Notes under the pieces: model-generated
What the model was told of the DNA's origin: nothing
Databases searched by the model: none
Seen by the model: the letters and a program-made list of their open reading frames with translations, nothing else
Position numbers and translations under genes: made by a program
NCBI RefSeq assembly: GCF_009914755.1
Contig: NC_060935.1
DNA from: the human T2T-CHM13v2.0 reference genome, Homo sapiens
Strand: one strand, 5' to 3'
Length of the DNA: 64,000 bases
Part shown: positions 1 to 13,492 of the stretch, in pieces
Layout: the number at the start of each line of letters is the position of its first letter
Position numbering within the stretch: position 1 is the first letter of the stretch

Positions 1-162
1 AGTCTTCACATTTAAGTGAGCCTCTAATTTTATTTTTAAATTAATTATTTGATCTTAGAGGACCATTCAAAAGACTCAAAAGGGAATACATTGAAAAATC
101 AATCTCACTGTTACCCCTTTTCCCCAGCCAACCAACTTTCTATCTAGGAAGTGACATTTCTG

Positions 163-247
163 GTGTGTGTGTGTGTGTGTGTCTGTGTATTTTCATAGTC
201 TGTGCATATATAAACATTTACACACACACACACACAGACACACACAC
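163..247. repeat. (TG)n and (CA)n microsatellites facing each other
   Basis: gtgtgtgt... at 163-188 and cacaca... at 219-247. Confidence 0.9.
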
Positions 248-278
248 TTCTATTTCAACCCAAATGATTGCATCCTAT

Positions 279-718
279 TGTGGAAATAATGAAAAAAAAA
301 ATCCCACTACATTAGAAAAAACAGAAGCTATTTATTCAGAGCTTGGAACTCGGTCGCCATGATTGTGTTTGACAGAGGCTCAAAGGCAGGCAGGGCAGTG
401 AGAAAACTTTATAGTGAAAAAAGGGTAAGGCTTCAGGTGTGCCCTGAATGGAGGCTGTTGACATGAGAAAGTTGGAGGTTAGCTAACTAGAGGCAGGGTA
501 TCATCTGTGATTGGTTTGGAGAGCATATTTGACCTACTCTGTTTGGTCCTAAGTTGGAAGTCAGGCTGAAAGTTTCGGAAGCTGGTAGTCACTGAGCAAG
601 CTATGACTGTTCTAGGACTATTGCTACAGAAATTGTGGTTTGACTTCCTGGGATGAAGCTTGTAGGTAAGGGTTTTAATTGTCATATGTAGTCTGGCCAT
701 TGTCTATTTGTATATTCA
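279..718 (-). mobile_element. Probable ancient solo LTR, family not resolved
   Basis: TG...CA ends, tttatt (minus-strand AATAAA) near 321, LTR-like composition; recognition only. Confidence 0.35.
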
Positions 719-1759
719 GTATCTTGCTATGCATATTATCTAGATGTTGATTTTTAAAAATTAGGCAGTAATATTGACCTTGTTGGTGTATAATTCTATC
801 AATTTTAATACAAGGATTGATTCATGTAACTATTATCTCAATCAGGATACAGAACAGTTCTGTCACCCAGAAAGACTCCCTCTTGCTAGTATAAACAAAC
901 TGTTACTGAATTTTCTAGCTCAACTACCTACTGAATCTGTTACACCATATGATGTCAGTATCAATTTATTTCAATTCAACAATGAACATATTTTTCTATC
1001 TGATTACATAGTTTGATAAATGAAAAACATATGTTACTAAATAGTACCAAATAGAGATAAAAATATTAAATGTTGTGACTCTGGAAGCTTGGGAGGGGAA
1101 GAAGCTCTCATGGTCACTATAAAGGTATAAGGAGGGATGAATGGGTGTAATCTGAAGAGAATCAAGTGCCTTCAAATATACATCTCATTGCATGAATATA
1201 AATAGATCTGTGTGATTCTGTTTATTTTGCAATGATATCAAAACTGTGTGTCATGCCTTGCGCTAATGATGGCATATGGAAGTTAAGAAAACATTTTTAC
1301 CTTCTACAATTTACATTACTGGAGAAGCTTACCAACCAACCACCTAACCAACCAACCAAACAGTGTGTTCAATGCTATGACAGACACATGAAAACAGTGT
1401 ACTGAATCTAGAAGATGGACACAGGTGGAGCAGGGAAGACTTTATCTAAACCAGGGGGATCCCCCTCTCTTATCTCCTCATAGCAACTATAATTTGGCAA
1501 TCATCCACAGATAAAAGTGCCATTGTGGGAACTTTGAAAGTCAGATAGGAGATTGTAAAACCTCCATGGAGCCCAAGACAGAGGAGGGCTGGCCAACTGT
1601 GGTTCTGACTATCACTAGCTATGGCCTTGTTCCCCTGTAGACTCAGCTATATCCTTGTTAGGCCTTGGTCTTATCACTAGAATCATGTGGCAAAGGCTCT
1701 GGGAAAAGTCGCACCCACCTGTGCCAAGGGAAACAGACACCCTGACCTCATTCCTGGCT

Positions 1760-2345
1760 GTAGATCCTGAAGCAGCCCTGTAACTTGGCTTCACCTCCTC
1801 TCAGCTGTGATCTGAGAGCAATCCTGTCCCTGGGGACCTGATGAGAAACACTTCTGTTCATTGTCCCAGGAACAGGCCAGCCCACCTTGATTCCACGGTA
1901 AATCTTGAAGTGATCTTGCAACCTAGCTCCATCTTCTTCCAGCTATACTCCAGGAGCAGTCCTGCCCACTCAGTGACCCTCTGGGAGACATGCTCATCTG
2001 TGCCTCCAGAGTCAGGCCTGCTGAATTTAGTCTGACCATATATCTTGAAGCAGCCTTATTTTTCAGCTTCAGTCACACTTTGCCTCAGTCCAGGGAGAGT
2101 TCAGCCTTCCAAGGAACCTGGCAAGAGGCATGTCCATTCATGTCCCTGGAAGTAGGCCTGCCAACTCTAGTCTCAGTTGTGGACCCTGATGCAGCCCTGT
2201 GACTCAATTCCAACCCCTCTCAGTCTGGAGCCAGTCCTGCCTGCCCAGATATCTACCCAGTGACCCAGAAGGAGACCTTCCAGTGACTTGGAGGAAGTCA
2301 CATTTATCCACAATAACAGCTCTTTCAGCTGTGGACCCCACTGCA
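1760..2345 (+). repeat. ~140-bp tandem monomers in the old L1 5'UTR (4 units plus a partial one)
   Basis: Anchor gtagatcctgaagcagccctgt and its variants at 1760, 1898, 2038, 2179, 2331. Confidence 0.75.
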
Positions 2346-4408
2346 GAACAGGCTAAAGTGCTACTTGATCATGATCCTAAAGGCAATCCCATCACATGAG
2401 GACCCACCAGGAGAAAGTTTTTACTTATTGAAATCAGTTCTATAAAGACTGAAGGAGATATTTGTTCCTTCAAATGTACAGGCACCAACACAAGGCTACA
2501 TGTACAATCCAGAATCAGGCAAGCATGACACCACCAAAGGAAACTAATAGAGCTTGAGCAACCAACCCCAAGGAAATGGATAACTATGAGTTGGATGAAA
2601 AATAATTCAAAGTAGTCATGTTAAGGAAGCTCAATGAGATGCAAGAGAACACAGATAGAAAACAAAATCAGGGAAACAATGCATTAATAAAATGAGTAGT
2701 TCAATAAAGAAATAAAAAGTATAAAAACAACCAAATGGAAATCTTGAAGCAGAATGATAAAATGACAGAATAGAAAATACAATACAGATCTTTAGCAGCA
2801 TAGTCAATCATGCAGAAGAAAGAACCAGTGAACTCAAGGCAGGACATTTGAAATTAGCCAATTAGAGAAACAAAAAGAAAAAAAAAACGAGTAAAAAAGT
2901 GAAGAAAGCATAAGAGACCTATGAGACACCATTAAGTGAATAAATTATGAGTTTTGGGAATTCGAGAAGAGAGAGAAAGGGGCAGAAATCTTATTTAAAG
3001 CTACAAACTTCCCAAATTTTGGAAGAGATATGGATATTCAGATTCATAAAGCTTAACCCAAGCCAATCAAGCTCAACCTAAAGAATAATACCCCAAGACA
3101 CAGTTTAACAGTTTAATTAAATTGTCAAAAGTGAAAACCAGAAAAAGTTTGAAAGCATCAAGAGAAGAAATCATCGCACACAATGGAACCCCCATAAGTC
3201 TATCAGCGAACTTGTTAGCACAAATTTTACAGGCCAGAAGGGAGTGGGTTGATATATTCAAAGTGCCAAAAGACTCAAACTAACTGCCAAGAATAATATA
3301 TCTGGCAAAAATGTCATTCAGAAATAAAGGTGAGTTAAAGATATTTCCAGATAAATAAGAGCTAAGGGATTTCATCAGTACTAGATTTGACTTAAAAAAA
3401 TGATAGAGTTTTTTCATTGAAATGAAAGTTTGCTAAGTAACAACATGAAACACAAGAAAGTGGAAAATTTACTGGTAAAGGTAAATATATAGTTAAAATC
3501 AGAATATTCTGATGCTGTAATGATGATATGTAAGTCACTTTTAACTCTAGAATAAAAGTTAAAAGGCCAAAGTATTAAAAATGACTATAGTTCCAATAAT
3601 TTTTAATAGATACACAGTATAAAAAGATGCAAAGTATGACATCAATAGCATAAAATATGTGAGGGAGAAGAAAAAGTGAAGGTTTAAGTGCAGTTGAATT
3701 CAAGGTGTTATCAGTTTTAAGTAGAATGTTATAAGATGTTTTATGTAAAGTCTATGCTAACTACAAAGAAAAAGAAACTCTGGTAGATACACAAAAGACA
3801 GAGGAAAGAAATGAAAGCATACCACCACAAACTGTCAACAAATCACAAGGGAAGATAACAAGAGTGAAAGAAAGAAACAAAGACATTACAAAACAATCAG
3901 AAAACAATTAAAAATGACAATAATAAATTATTTCTCTCAATAATTACATTAAATGTAAATAAATTCTTTAATCAGAAGACACAGAGTGACTACATGGATT
4001 AAAAAGCAAGCTCCAACAATATACTGCCTAGAAGCAACTCACTTTAGTCTTAAGGAGACAAATAGGATGATAGCAAAGGGATAGAAAAAAAATATTTCAT
4101 ACAAAAAAAAAACCAAGAGAGCAGGTGTACCTATTCTTGTATAATTCAAAATAGACTTTAAATCAAAAACTGTCATAAGAGACAAAGAAGGTCATTATAT
4201 AATGATGAAGGCATCAATTTACTAAAAGGATACAATTGTAACTACATATACACCCAACATGAAAACACTTAAATATATCAGGAAAATATTAACATAACTA
4301 AAGGAAGAAATAGACAATAGTAAGAATACAATAATAGTAGCAGATGTCAACATCCCACTTTCAACAATGAATGGATCATACAGACAGAAAATCCATAAGG
4401 AAATGGCA

Positions 4409-4513
4409 GTGCTCATTTTGGCATCACATATATTAAAATTGAATGATACAGAGACTAGCATGGAACCTGCACAAAGATGACATGCAAACTCATGAAGCAT
4501 TCCACATTTTTTT
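4409..4513 (+). pseudogene. RNU6: Full-length U6 snRNA retrocopy, 5' part of U6-L1 chimera 1
   Basis: gtgctcattttggcatcacatatattaaaattg..atacagaga..tagcatgg..gatgacatgcaaa..tgaagcattccacattttttt aligns end to end with U6 (roughly 80% identity, many CpG decays). Confidence 0.95.
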
Positions 4514-5756
<1,243 letters not shown>

Positions 5757-7780
5757 ATAAGGAAACAGCAGACTTGAATAACAATACAGGCTAAATGGGC
5801 CTAACAGACATACACAGAACATTCCATCTAACAGCAGCAGAGTACACATTTTTTTCAAGCACACATGAAAAAATTGTCCAGGATAGAGATCATCTGTTGG
5901 GACACAAAACAAATCTTAAAAAAGATAAGAAGATTAAAATCATATCAAGTATTTTTTTCTATCCACAATGGTATGAAACTAGAAATAAATACCAAAGAAT
6001 CTTAGAACATTTACCAATATGTGGAAATTAAATAATACACTCTTGAACAACCAATGGGTCAAAGAAGAAATCAAAAGGGAAACAAAAATTATCTTGAGAC
6101 AAATTAAGAGGGAACCACAACATATCAAAACTTATGAGAGATGTGCAAAAATAAAATACTAGCAAGCTGTCTTCAACAGCACATTAAAAAGATCAAATGC
6201 CACAATCAAGTGGCATTCATTGCTAGGGTGTAAGGATGTTTCAATATATGCAAATTGATCAATGTGAAAGCACATAAACAGAACAAATTATAAAAATCAT
6301 ATAATTATCTCAATAGATGCAGAATAAGTATTTGACAAAATTCAACATCTTTTTTTATGATAAAAAAAATTAGGTATAGAAAGACTGTACTTCACATAAG
6401 AAAGGTCATATATGACAAGCCCTTAGCTAACATCATGGTCAATGGTGAAAACTGAAAAGCTTTTCCTCTAAGATCAGGAACAAGATAAGGATGCCCAGTC
6501 TCAGAACTTCTCTTCAACATAGTATTGGAAGTCTTAGCCAGAGCTAGCTTATAAAAGAAAAAAGAAATAAAAGTCATCCAAATCAGAAAGAAGCTAAATT
6601 ATCTCTGTTTAAGATAACATAATTGTATATACAGAAAACCCTAAAATCTCTACCAAAGCCTGTTAGAATTGATAAACAAATTTAGTAAAGTAGCAGAATA
6701 CAAAATCAACATACAAATATCAGTTGCATTTCTATACACTAACAACACACTATCCAAAAAAAGAAATTAAGAACATAATTCAATTTTCAGTAGAATTAAA
6801 AACAATAAGATACTTAGGAATAAGTTTAACCAAAGAAGTGAAATATATATAATATATATACTGAAAATATATACACTGAAAACTATGACATTGATGAAAG
6901 AAATTGAAGTCACAAATAAATGAAAAGGTATCCTGCATTCATGGAGTGGGATAAGTAATATTGTTAAAATGTGCATACTACTCAAAGCAACCCACAAATT
7001 CAATTCAAAACAATACCTATAAAAATTCTGGTGAAGTTTTTCGCAGAAATAGAAAAAAACAATTCTGAAATTCATATGGAATCACAAAAGGCCATGAATA
7101 TCCAAAGTAGTCTTGAGAAAGAAGAGCAAAGCTGGAAGGCATCACACTACTTGATTTCAAAATCTACTACAAAGGCACAGTAATCAAACAGTATGGCACT
7201 GGCATGAAAATAGATACACAGAATAACGAATAAGCCCAGAAATTAACTCACACATATACAACATATATGTGAGTTATAATATAATATATGTAATATAATT
7301 TTTGACAAGGGTGACAAGAATGCACAATGGGGAAAGGATAGTTTCTTCAATAAGTCGCATTGTGAAAACTGGATATCGACATGTAAAAGAGTGAAATTGG
7401 ATCCTTATCTTACACCATATACAAAAATTTACTAGAAATGGATTAAAGACTTAAACATAAGACCTGAAACTGTAAAACTTCTAGAAGAAAACATGGGAAA
7501 ATCTGTTTGACATTGATCTTGGCAATGATTTTTTTTTGGATATAACACCAAAAGCACAGGCAACAAACACAAGGATACACAAATGGGAGCACATCAAACT
7601 AAAAAGCTTCTACATAGCAAATGAAATAATAAAATGAAAAGGCAATCTACAGATTGGGAGAAAATATTTGCACACTATCTGACCTATTAACCTCTTATCT
7701 GTTAAGAGATTAACATCCAAAATGTATAAAGAACTCATACAAATGAATAACAAAAAAGGTAACCTAATTAAAAAATTGCT

Positions 7781-8204
<424 letters not shown>

Positions 8205-9399
8205 TCAGGGAAATGCATATCTCAACCACAGCGAGATTTCACCTTACATTTGTTAGGATGTCTACTATCAAAAAAAAAAAAAAGCAAGGAGTGCTGGTGA
8301 GGGTGTGGAGAAAGGGAGCCCTTGTACACTGTTGGTGGGAATGTAAATTAGTACAGCCATTATGGAAAACAGTATTCTTCAAAAAATTAAAATGAGAACT
8401 AATCACAGGATCCAAGAATCCTTCTTTTAAGTATACATCCAAAGAAAATAAAATCAGTATCTGAAAGAGATACATACCCTCCATGTTTGTTGCAGCATTA
8501 TTCATAATAGCTGAGTAATGGAAACAATTTAAGTGTTCACGAATGAATGAATGGATAAGGAAAATGTTGTATATACAATGGAACACTATTCAGCCTTAAA
8601 AAGAAGTCCTGCCATTTTGACAATATGAATCAATTTCAAGGACATTATACTAAGTGAAATAAGCCAGATACAGAAAGACTACATGATCTTACTTAAATGT
8701 AGAATCTAAAACATTTGAACTAACAGAAGCAGAAAGTAGAATGGTGGTTACCAGGAGATGCAGGGTGTGGAAAATGGGGAGATGTTTATAGAATCCAAAC
8801 TTTCAGTTATAAGATGTATAAACTTTGGGGACCTAATGTATAGCATGGGGACTGTATTATTTACTTGACATTTGCTAATAGAGCAGATCTTAAGTGTCTT
8901 TTTCACCCTTCATCCACAAGTGGCAACTATGTGTGTTGAAGGATGTATTATTTGATTGTGGTAATCATTGCATAGTGTATACATATATCAAGTGTATATC
9001 TTGAATATATGCAAATTTTATCAGTTATACCTCACCAAAGCCAGAACACAATAACGCTGTAGAAAAAAATAGAATTTTGCTAAAGAGAAAAGTGGTGTGT
9101 GGAGAAAGATGTGCAAAGGATACCAGGAAAGGAAGTGTAGAATGTTCAACACAAAGCATAGAGTGAACAGGACTATCAGGCAGTATGTGAGGTGTTTTGC
9201 TAATTAATATTCTGGATTCTTTTTCCCCTTTGAAGGCCATAATGATTTCAAACAGAAGATCATCATGACCATTGTGAAGCCATCTCTGACTTAGCCAGGC
9301 AGAGTTAGGGATGCCTTTTCCTGTCCTCACTGAATGTTCTACAAATCTTTTCTACAGCAACTATCTTACAGGGTTGTCTTTGTTTGTAACCAGAAGGCA

Positions 9400-9600
9400 G
9401 AGGAGCACATGGGAATTGATGTCAGACAGACAAGGGCTTAAATGCCCATTCCAGCATTTAGTAGCCTTTGTTTCCTTGGGCAAACCACTTAATCTGCAGA
9501 ATTTACTCGTTGCCACATTGTAAAGTCAGAGTGAAGATTAAATGACATAATTAATGCAGAGTGCTTGACACTTAGTAGGGCTTCAGTAAATAGGAGCTAT
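9400..9600 (+). mobile_element. MIR fragment
   Basis: ccttgggcaaaccacttaatctg...gtgaagattaaatgacataat MIR core. Confidence 0.65.
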
Positions 9601-9864
9601 TCTGGTTTGCAATCTCATCTCCCTAGCTGACTAAATTCCTTGGGGCAAGTACAGACTCATTGCATGTTAGTAGCCCACCTCTATCAAGTATCTGTCACAA
9701 AGGATGTGCTCAGTAGTATTTGTGGAATGACTCCATAAATCAGATTCAGAGTTTAGAAAGATCAGTTTTGGCTTTGGTTAATAGATTTTGGGGATGTAAG
9801 TTTAGAAGTTAGTTTACCCAGCAAAAAAAGAATCATACTTTATTTTAAGCAAAAAGACTAGTTT

Positions 9865-10288
9865 GTTAATTTTATGTGTCAACTTGGCTAAGCTATGATG
9901 CCCAGATACTCGGTCAAATACAAGTCTAGATGTTGCTGTGAAGAAATTTTTTAGATGTGATTAACATTTAAATCAGTAGATATTGAATAAAGCAGATTAT
10001 CCTTCATAATGTGGGTGGACCTCACCCCATTAGTTGAAGGTGTTAAGAGAAAAAGACTGAGGTCCCTCAAGGAAGAAGACAATCTGCCTCTAGACCACCT
10101 TCAGACTTGAGCTGCAACATCAAGTCTTCTTTGCGTCTCCAGCCCATCTACCTGCCCTGCATATTTTAGACTTGCTAGCCCATACAATCACATGAGCCAA
10201 TTCCTTAAAATATTTCTATCTGTATATATGCACATCATCTATGTACATCCTACTTGTTCTGTTCCTCTGAAGAACTCTGGCTAATGCA
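9865..10288 (+). mobile_element. MLT2 (ERVL) solo LTR
   Basis: gttaattttatgtgtcaacttggctaagc...gttctgttcctctgaagaactctggctaatgca typical MLT2 termini. Confidence 0.8.
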
Positions 10289-10490
10289 GATACTATTATC
10301 CCATTTATAGATGAGGAAACTGAAGCTTTGGATCCCTTTCCTAATAAAGAGTAGAGCTTATATCTCAAAATTATTTCTTTCTGATTTCAAATCTGGGTCA
10401 TATCACTGATTTCTGTATGATGCTCCCTTCCCTCCTCCACTTATTTTTGGAAGAAAAAGAAAGGAGAGAGAAGCTAATAAAGGAACATTA

Positions 10491-11293
10491 TGAAGGGAAG
10501 AGGCCGGCAAGACTCATTCTCTGGACTAGACTGAAGACAGACCAAAATCGGCAAGCAGCACTGAAGGCAGCTTCCAGTTGCCCTTGCTCCTCATCTGTGC
10601 GAGATGCTCCCACCAGTGCTGATATGGTTTGGCTCTGTGTCCCCATCCAAATCTCATCTCAAATTGTAATCCCCACGTGTTGGGGGCAGACTTCCCTCTT
10701 GCTGTTCTCGTGATAGTGGGTGAGTTCTCATAAGATCTGGTTGTTTAAAAGTGCATGGCACTTCCTCCTTCGTCCTCTCTCTCCAGCTCCACCATGGTAA
10801 GACATGGTTGCTTCACCTTGGCCTTCTACTGTGATTGAAAGTTTCCTGCAGCCTCCCAGTCATGCTTTCTGTTAAGCCTGCAGAACTGTGAGTCATTTAA
10901 ACCTTTTTTATTCATAAATTACCCAGTCTCAGGTAGTTCTTTACAGCAGCATGAAAACGGATTAATACAAGCACCATGACAGTTTACAAATGTCATGGCA
11001 ATGCCTAGAAATTACTACCCATTTCCATGGTAACAACCAGAAGTTACCATACATTTTCCACCAATTTCTGAATATCCTGCCCCTTGATTTGCGTGTCATC
11101 AAACATGTGTTTAAATACAACTGCCAACCACCCATAGGCTGCTACTCTCAGCACACTGCCTATGGATTAGCCCTGCTCTGCAAGGAGCAGTCACAGAGCT
11201 GTAACACTGCCACTTCAATAAAGCTGCTTTCTTCCACCACCTGCTCACTGTTGAATTATTTCCTAAACAAAGCCAAGAACTTGCCTTGCATTA
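10491..11293 (+). mobile_element. MER41-family LTR interrupted by an MST LTR
   Basis: ctcccaccag[..]ccatgacagtttacaaatgtcatggcaa, gcacactgcctatggattagccctgctctgcaaggagcag, aataaa, aaagccaagaac. Confidence 0.7.
10620..10969 (+). mobile_element. MSTA-like MaLR solo LTR with a small internal deletion
   Basis: tgatatggtttggctctgtgtcccc...attaataca; 5-bp TSD agtgc/agcac. Confidence 0.9.
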
Positions 11294-11479
11294 TTAGTAG
11301 AGAAGGGGAAAGAATCATGAGGTAAAAGAAAAAGGATAGGGAGTATAGACAGCCTTAAAATGAGCAACCTCAGTTTCATAAGATGTCAAAGTCATCTGCC
11401 TGGCTTTCTAGGGTGACTGCAATTTGACATGTCCATTGCTATAGAACCACACTACATAGAAATCCATAGGTCCTCTTTA

Positions 11480-11726
11480 ATCCTATCAGACATATCTCCT
11501 TCCAGCCCACATTCTAGTTTTTCCCCATTATAGCACCTTGCTTGTTTTCTTTATATTGTTTATAATGACTTCTTATGATCTTACTTAATTATTTAGTTTA
11601 TTGGTTTTATTGTCTTCCTCCCCACCGAAATGTACATTCCATGAAGGCAGGAATCTTTTCTATTTTCACCCACTGCTTATCTTCAGCATCTAGCACATTG
11701 CAGAAGCTGAATGAATGAATGAATGC
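11480..11726 (+). mobile_element. L2 3' end
   Basis: ccatgaaggcaggaatc...gcatctagcaca...(tgaa)n tail. Confidence 0.7.
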
Positions 11727-12379
11727 TATGTTCATCCTTATTTTCCTATCTTCAACCCCTGTTTTTTTCCTTCCCTTCCTAATCTTACCCATTCTTCAAA
11801 ACCCACCCTAAGCTCCCATATCTCTGAAAGCCTTCCTTGATTATGCTCTGTACCAGCCACACCTGCCTTCTTTTGGTGCCTGCAGCATACATTGCTCTTC
11901 ATGATTCTGAACTTTTATTAACACTCTTCCCTTTACCTAGAATGCTCTCCAGCTTCTGTCCTCTCCTTGTTAATCTGAATCAACTTGAACATCCCTTCTT
12001 TTCCAGGAACCTTTTCCTGACTTCTAATATTAAGTTAATTGCCCCGGTTACACACGGTAGTAGATAGCTTCCCATCCCTTTCTATGTCTCCCTGATCCTT
12101 TCTTCTTCACAATAGCTGATACACTTAAAATAACTTTCTATTACTCATCACTTTGCAATAACTTGTTCATTGTACACCTCACCCACTATATTTTAAATTC
12201 TATAAAGTAGTTCAGTTTCTTTTCTTTTGCTGCTATATCTACAGTAACAATTCTCAGTGCTTGAAACAAAGATGACTTAAAGAAATATCTATTGGTTGAA
12301 TAACTGGAAAATGTTCATTGATGTGACCATTACAGAACTCTAAGAACTGCTATGTGCTTGGTGATTCAAAGTAAAAATA

Positions 12380-12600
12380 GCTATCAATTATTAAGCGGTT
12401 TCCCTGTACCAGGCACTTTCTACATGTTTTTGTGTCCCAATTTATTTTATTATCACAAATATTGTTGTCATCCTTATCTCACAAAGGAGGAAACTGAGGG
12501 ACAAGAAGTTGTGGAGCTTACGTTGTATAGATGGTGAATGGCAGAGACGGGATTCCAGCATAGGCATCCGCTCCAGAACTTAACTGTAACCCCATGCACT
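12380..12600 (-). mobile_element. MIR fragment
   Basis: aggaggaaactgagggacaag core. Confidence 0.6.
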
Positions 12601-12796
12601 AGTGCTTACAATCTTGCTGGGAGGCATGCAAGATATTAAGGAGATAATTTACAGTCTGAAGACTCATTATCTTAGTTCATATATTCGCTCAACAAATATT
12701 TGTTAAATGCCAAGTTCTGTGTTAAGCACCAGAGATACAGCGGTAAAACAATCTGATACGGTCCCTACCCACACCAGTATACTTCATTACCACTTG

Positions 12797-13492
12797 CTGT
12801 GGTTCTCAAACTTGGCTCACATTAGAACCACCTGGGGAGCTCTACTTGACTTTATTTAATTAGCTGGCCTGGAGCCTAAGTCCCTATGTTTTATAAACTT
12901 TGTGATGGATTCTAATATGCAGCCTGTGCTGAGAACCACCTCTTTAGTACTTTGTGCCAAACAAAACCAATATCATAATCATCCGGGAAAGTTTTTAAAA
13001 TCCAGAATCCTGTCCTGCCCCTACCTCCTCCTACTTTCCTGACCAAATGACCCCATAGCCACTGAGATTAGGACCCAGGAATCTGTATTTTTAAAAGCTC
13101 CCTTTGTGATTCTGGTGCAGCTGGCCAGCAGACCCACATTTCAGGAGTATTAGAACAGTTGCCAACATATAAAACAAAGGTTTTTAGAAGAAAGAGCTTA
13201 CAAAGGGCTATGGTGGTCAGGGCTGTATTTATAAACCATATCACTTGAACATGTCTTGAAGGGAAGGTAGGATTTAGGTATGTGGAAAGAAATAGAAGCT
13301 TTCACTCGTGGTAAATATCACACATAGAACTATCATATGGTGTTTTATTTTAAACGTTTATTTTATAGCTTTTCTACTCAAAGTATTATCTGAGGACCAG
13401 TAGCATCTGCTTTGAATTCTACCCCAGAAACTGCATTTTTAACAAGATACCCAGGTGATTTGTATGCATATTAAAATTTGAGAATCACAGTT
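12797..13492. mobile_element. Cluster of MER5-type hAT MITE fragments (~12797-12942, ~12980-13145, ~13395-13492)
   Basis: gtggttctcaaac...tgagaaccacc inverted ends; cccaggaatctgtatttttaa; caggtgatttgtatgca..ttgagaatcac. Confidence 0.65.
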
